A stretch of 64,000 bases of DNA, taken from Anaerolineae bacterium. GTDB taxonomy: Bacteria > Chloroflexota > Anaerolineae > B4-G1 > SLSP01. Below, in pieces: positions 60,797 to 64,000 of the stretch. Location of the stretch: positions 16,333 through 80,332 of the forward strand of contig DAOTTS010000102.1 of assembly GCA_034437735.1 (NCBI GenBank), in the 5' to 3' direction. Each line of letters begins with the position of its first letter. Position 1 is the stretch's first letter. Below the pieces are notes generated by a model. It worked only from the letters and a program-made list of their open reading frames with translations. It had not been told where the DNA came from and ran no database searches. The position numbers and the translations under genes were made by a program.

Positions 60797-61798
60797 CTAC
60801 CCCTGCACGAAGAAGGGGGACCGCGCCGGATAGTCGAGAAGGTCCCGCAGCTCGTCATCCAACTTGAAGAGGGTGATCGAGGCGCCCGCCATCTCCATAC
60901 TGGTCGCGTACTCGCCGATATACGGGCGGTAGATGGTGACGTCCAAATCGGTCAGCATCTGGTGCACCTTCCGGAAGAGGATGTAGAGCTCCTCAGGCGG
61001 CGTGGCCCCCAGACTGTTGACCATCACGGCGACCTCATCCCCCGCAGCGAGGGGCATGTCGGCGAGGATCGTCGAGACCATCCGTTCGGCGATCTCGTCG
61101 GCGGGCTTGAGCGCCTCGCGCTTCACGCCGGGCTCGCCGTGGATGCCCATGCCGATCTCCATCTCGTCCTCACCGAGGGTGAACGTCGGCTCGCCGGCCA
61201 TGGGGACCGTGCACGGCGAGAGGGCCACGCCCATGGTGCGGATGTTGTCCAGCGCTTTGCGCGTCACCGCCTCGACCTCGTCGAGCGTGCCGCCCTGATC
61301 GGCCTTGGCCCCGGCGACCTTGAACGCAAAGACCATCCCGGCCACGCCGCGCCGGCGATCGGCCCGCTCCGGAGGGGCGGACGCCACGTCGTCGGTGACC
61401 AGCACGGTGCGCACCTCGATGTCCTCGAAGTCCGCCATCTCCGAGGCCATATCGAAGTTCATCACGTCGCCGCTGTAATTGCCGTAGATATAGAGGACGC
61501 CCTTGCCGGCGTGGATGCGCTTGGTGACCTCGAGCATCTGGTCGGCGCTGGGCGACTGAAAGACGTCCCCGACCGCACAGCCGTCCAGGAGCCCCTCGCC
61601 CACATAGCCCAGGAAGACGGGAAGGTGCCCGGAGCCGCCGCCGGTCGCCAGGGCGACCTTGTCCTCGACGGGGGCCGCCGCTCTGACGATGCAGTGGGGA
61701 TCGTCCCCGGTAACATCCAACTGGTCGCCGTGGGCTTTGAGCAGGCCGTCCAGCATTTCGGCCACAAACTCGTTCGGATCGTTAAGGATCTTCTTCAT
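60797..61798 (-). CDS. dhaK: Dihydroxyacetone-kinase family subunit K (DAK1)
   Basis: MKKILN.P, GGGSGH.P...G.VG.G, NYSGD.MNF, G.GIHGEPG, TS.EMAG.S.T. Confidence 0.92.
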   Translation of the reverse strand: MKKILNDPNEFVAEMLDGLLKAHGDQLDVTGDDPHCIVRAAAPVEDKVALATGGGSGHLPVFLGYVGEGLLDGCAVGDVFQSPSADQMLEVTKRIHAGKGVLYIYGNYSGDVMNFDMASEMADFEDIEVRTVLVTDDVASAPPERADRRRGVAGMVFAFKVAGAKADQGGTLDEVEAVTRKALDNIRTMGVALSPCTVPMAGEPTFTLGEDEMEIGMGIHGEPGVKREALKPADEIAERMVSTILADMPLAAGDEVAVMVNSLGATPPEELYILFRKVHQMLTDLDVTIYRPYIGEYATSMEMAGASITLFKLDDELRDLLDYPARSPFFVQG

Positions 61799-61902
61799 GA
61801 TGGCCTCCTTATAGGTTGAGGTATGCCAGGTGTCTGGGGATAGTATACCACAGAAGGAGCAGCTCTCCCTGTTGCGAAGAAGCGTCTCACCCTATTGCTC
61901 GC

Positions 61903-62283
61903 AGGAGATTTGCAATCTCCGGGCTTCGGAGCAAGAGCCTGCTCTCCCTTAAGCCGGGGATTACAAATCCCCTCGGAGCATGGGAAAGTGTCGCCTTCAA
62001 TCGTTCCAAGGAGATTTGCAATCTCCGGGCTTCGGAGCAAGAGCCCGCTCTCCCTTAAGCCGGGGATTACAAGTCCCCTCGGAGCATGGGAAAGTGTCGC
62101 TTTCAATCGTTCCAAGGAGATTTGTAATCTCCGGGCTTCGGAGCAAGAGCCCGCTCTCCCTCAAGCCGGGGATTACAAATCCCCTCGGAGCATGGGAAAG
62201 TGTCGCCTTCAATCGTTCCAAGGAGATTTGCAATCTCCGGGCTTAGCGCCAGATGTCCCAAATACAAATCCCCTCGGAGCATG
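61903..62283. repeat. Tandem array of three 106-bp units plus a partial unit, built from inverted REP-like palindromes (BIME/REPIN-like)
   Basis: Units start at 61903, 62009, 62115 and 62221. Each has GGAGATT-TGC-AATCTCC and an inverted GGGGATT-ACA-AATCCCC; linkers are near-identical. Confidence 0.92.
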
Positions 62284-62309
62284 CGGAGCGTGCAACAAGC
62301 GCATCTCGC

Positions 62310-63254
62310 CTAACGATGAATCAAGCCCCGCAGCTCGTCGAGGGACACGTAACCCTGGTCGCGCATGAAGGCCGCCAGCTCCTCCGCGATCTTGCCCAGG
62401 GCCCCGGCGCCACGGTACCAGACGGCGGTGCCGACGCCCACGGCGGTCGCGCCGGCCATCAGCATCTCCGCCGCGTCCCGCCCGGTGCTGACCCCGCCGG
62501 TGCCGAGGATGGGCACGTCGACGGCCTGGGCGACCGCCGCCACGCAGCGGAGAGCGATGGGCTTGAGCGCCGGCCCGGAGAGACCGCCCACGCGGTTGGA
62601 GAGCACGGGCCGCCCGGCCTCCGCGTCGATGACCATCCCGGGCATGGTGTTGATCGCGGTGATAGCATCGGCCCCCGCCTCGACCACCGCCGCCGCGATG
62701 CGGCCGATGTCCGGCACGTTGGGCGCCAGCTTGACGGCGATGGGGATAGCACCGGCGGCGGCCTTGACCGCCTCGGTGACATCCCCGGCACTGGCGCAAC
62801 TGGCGGCAAAGGGCGTCCCAAATTCATCGGCGACGTTGGGACAGGAGATGTTGACCTCGATGAGATGCGGCGCCGCCCTTGCGATCGTGCGGGCGACCTC
62901 GGCATACTCGGCGACGGTGCCGCCGAAGACGCTGGCGATCAGGGGCACGCCGAGCGGCGCAAGACGCCGGCGCGCATCGGCCAGGAGCGGGACCTCCGCC
63001 TGGGCGCCGGGGTTGGTCAGGCCGATGGCGTTGATCACCCCGTGGCCCCAATCCAGGGTCACGGGGTTGGGATGCCCCTCACGGGGTCGGGGGCCGCAGC
63101 TCTTCGCCGTGACGGCCCCCGCGCCCTCGCGGGCCGCCCGGACGAGGAGGGATACGCTGGTCCCCAGGATCCCCGAAGCCAGGACGAGCGGATTGTGCAG
63201 CCGGAGGCCCAACAGCTCGCACCCGAGATCGACGCCGTTCATCGCCGCGCCCAT
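62310..63254 (-). CDS. pyrD: Dihydroorotate dehydrogenase, class 1B catalytic subunit
   Basis: [49 protein letters not shown]...KP.A. Confidence 0.95.
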   Translation of the reverse strand: MGAAMNGVDLGCELLGLRLHNPLVLASGILGTSVSLLVRAAREGAGAVTAKSCGPRPREGHPNPVTLDWGHGVINAIGLTNPGAQAEVPLLADARRRLAPLGVPLIASVFGGTVAEYAEVARTIARAAPHLIEVNISCPNVADEFGTPFAASCASAGDVTEAVKAAAGAIPIAVKLAPNVPDIGRIAAAVVEAGADAITAINTMPGMVIDAEAGRPVLSNRVGGLSGPALKPIALRCVAAVAQAVDVPILGTGGVSTGRDAAEMLMAGATAVGVGTAVWYRGAGALGKIAEELAAFMRDQGYVSLDELRGLIHR

Positions 63255-64000
63255 CAGGATGCCAGGTACGCCTGCACGTCCGCAAAGGTCTCAGGGCTGA
63301 TGCAACCCTCATCGCGCAGGACGCCCAGAATTTCATCGAGGGTCAACACCGCGTGAAGCGCGTACCCGGCCTCCGCCAGCCGCTCGCGCCCGCCCTGCCC
63401 GCGGTCGACCAGGACGACGGCGTCCTCGACCACCAGGCCGGCGTCCTCCATCGCCTCGATGGCGCGGATCAGGCTGCCGCCACTGGTGACCACGTCCTCG
63501 ACGGCCACCGCGCGGTGCCCCGGCTCGAAGGCGCCCTCGACGGCCCGCCCGGTGCCGTGATCCTTGACCTCCTTGCGGGGGTAGATCAGGGGCGCGTCCA
63601 GGGCCATCGCCACAGCAGCCGCCGCCGGCAGGGCCGCGTACGGCACCGCCGCCAGCCGGTCGTAGCGCAGGGGGCGGATCTGACCGGCGTAGGCGTCCAC
63701 CACCTGGCGGAAGAGCGACGGGTAGGAGATCACCCGGCGCAGGTCGACGTAGATGGGCGAGGTCCGGCCCGAGGCCAGCGTGAACTCGCCGAACCGCACG
63801 CAGCCGGCCTCGAAGAGCGCCCGCACCAGCTCGCGGTGCGGGCCATAGGCCCGGGCATGATTGATCCGGTCGCGAATCTGCTGGGCCGCCGCCCGGGGAT
63901 CGTCAGCGTAGAGCACGCCCCGGGAGACCGGCACGATGAGCCCCAGACCGCGCGCGTCCAATCCCGCTGCAAGCGCGGCGCTGAGATCCGCACCCTGGGC
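63254..64000 (-). CDS. pyrE: C-terminal part of a fused OMP decarboxylase - orotate phosphoribosyltransferase (PyrF-PyrE); 5' end lies outside the window
   Basis: Frame open from 64000: AQGADL...[23 protein letters not shown] (PyrF C-terminus) runs without a stop into [17 protein letters not shown]...[10 protein letters not shown] (OPRT). Confidence 0.88.
   Translation of the reverse strand, partial: AQGADLSAALAAGLDARGLGLIVPVSRGVLYADDPRAAAQQIRDRINHARAYGPHRELVRALFEAGCVRFGEFTLASGRTSPIYVDLRRVISYPSLFRQVVDAYAGQIRPLRYDRLAAVPYAALPAAAAVAMALDAPLIYPRKEVKDHGTGRAVEGAFEPGHRAVAVEDVVTSGGSLIRAIEAMEDAGLVVEDAVVLVDRGQGGRERLAEAGYALHAVLTLDEILGVLRDEGCISPETFADVQAYLAS

Noticed and set aside
61903-62283. CRISPR array
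   Set aside because: The sequences between the palindromes are near-identical from unit to unit (no unique spacers), the period is 106 bp, and no cas genes are present.
61795-62368. ORFs overlapping the 106-bp array (61895-62368, 61980-62246, 61997-62233 etc.)
   Set aside because: Their repetitive translations simply mirror the DNA repeat; no RBS or protein-family features.

Overview
A 64 kb bacterial chromosomal window with no rRNA, CRISPR, integrase or transposase. The gene repertoire suggests Chloroflexota, probably Anaerolineae (inference). Left to right: the end of a fixABCX/ETF operon and ndk; a 1550-aa TPR protein with a very large acidic region full of Trp motifs; rlmN; a DegU/DegS-like pair whose kinase ATP-binding motifs are degenerate; an RpoD-type sigma factor. 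Next comes a minus-strand run of PGM, sat-cysC, sulfotransferase, a plant-type galacturonokinase homologue, two nucleotide-sugar epimerases, an HprK-like kinase, a PqqD/RRE protein and Sua5. This is followed by translin, DUF3467, ssb, an M23 peptidase and an amidase. The best candidate for an undescribed system is a tightly packed ten-gene signalling operon (30198-42767): DUF4388 protein, conservon-D-like small GTPase, active alpha/beta hydrolase, V4R protein, beta-helix protein, acyl-ACP-reductase-like enzyme, REC-degenerate GGDEF, multi-GAF hybrid kinase, REC, and a paralogous hydrolase lacking its catalytic Ser. The right half holds recN, an archaeal-type upper mevalonate cluster, a gene remnant, rny-recX, an unexplained structured ~570-nt region, tRNA-Thr(CGT), udk/GT2/methyltransferase, and a pyr operon (pyrF-pyrE fusion, pyrD, pyrK) interrupted by a 106-bp REP-like array plus dhaK-dhaL-GH51. 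All family assignments come from reading motifs by eye; no database search was run.
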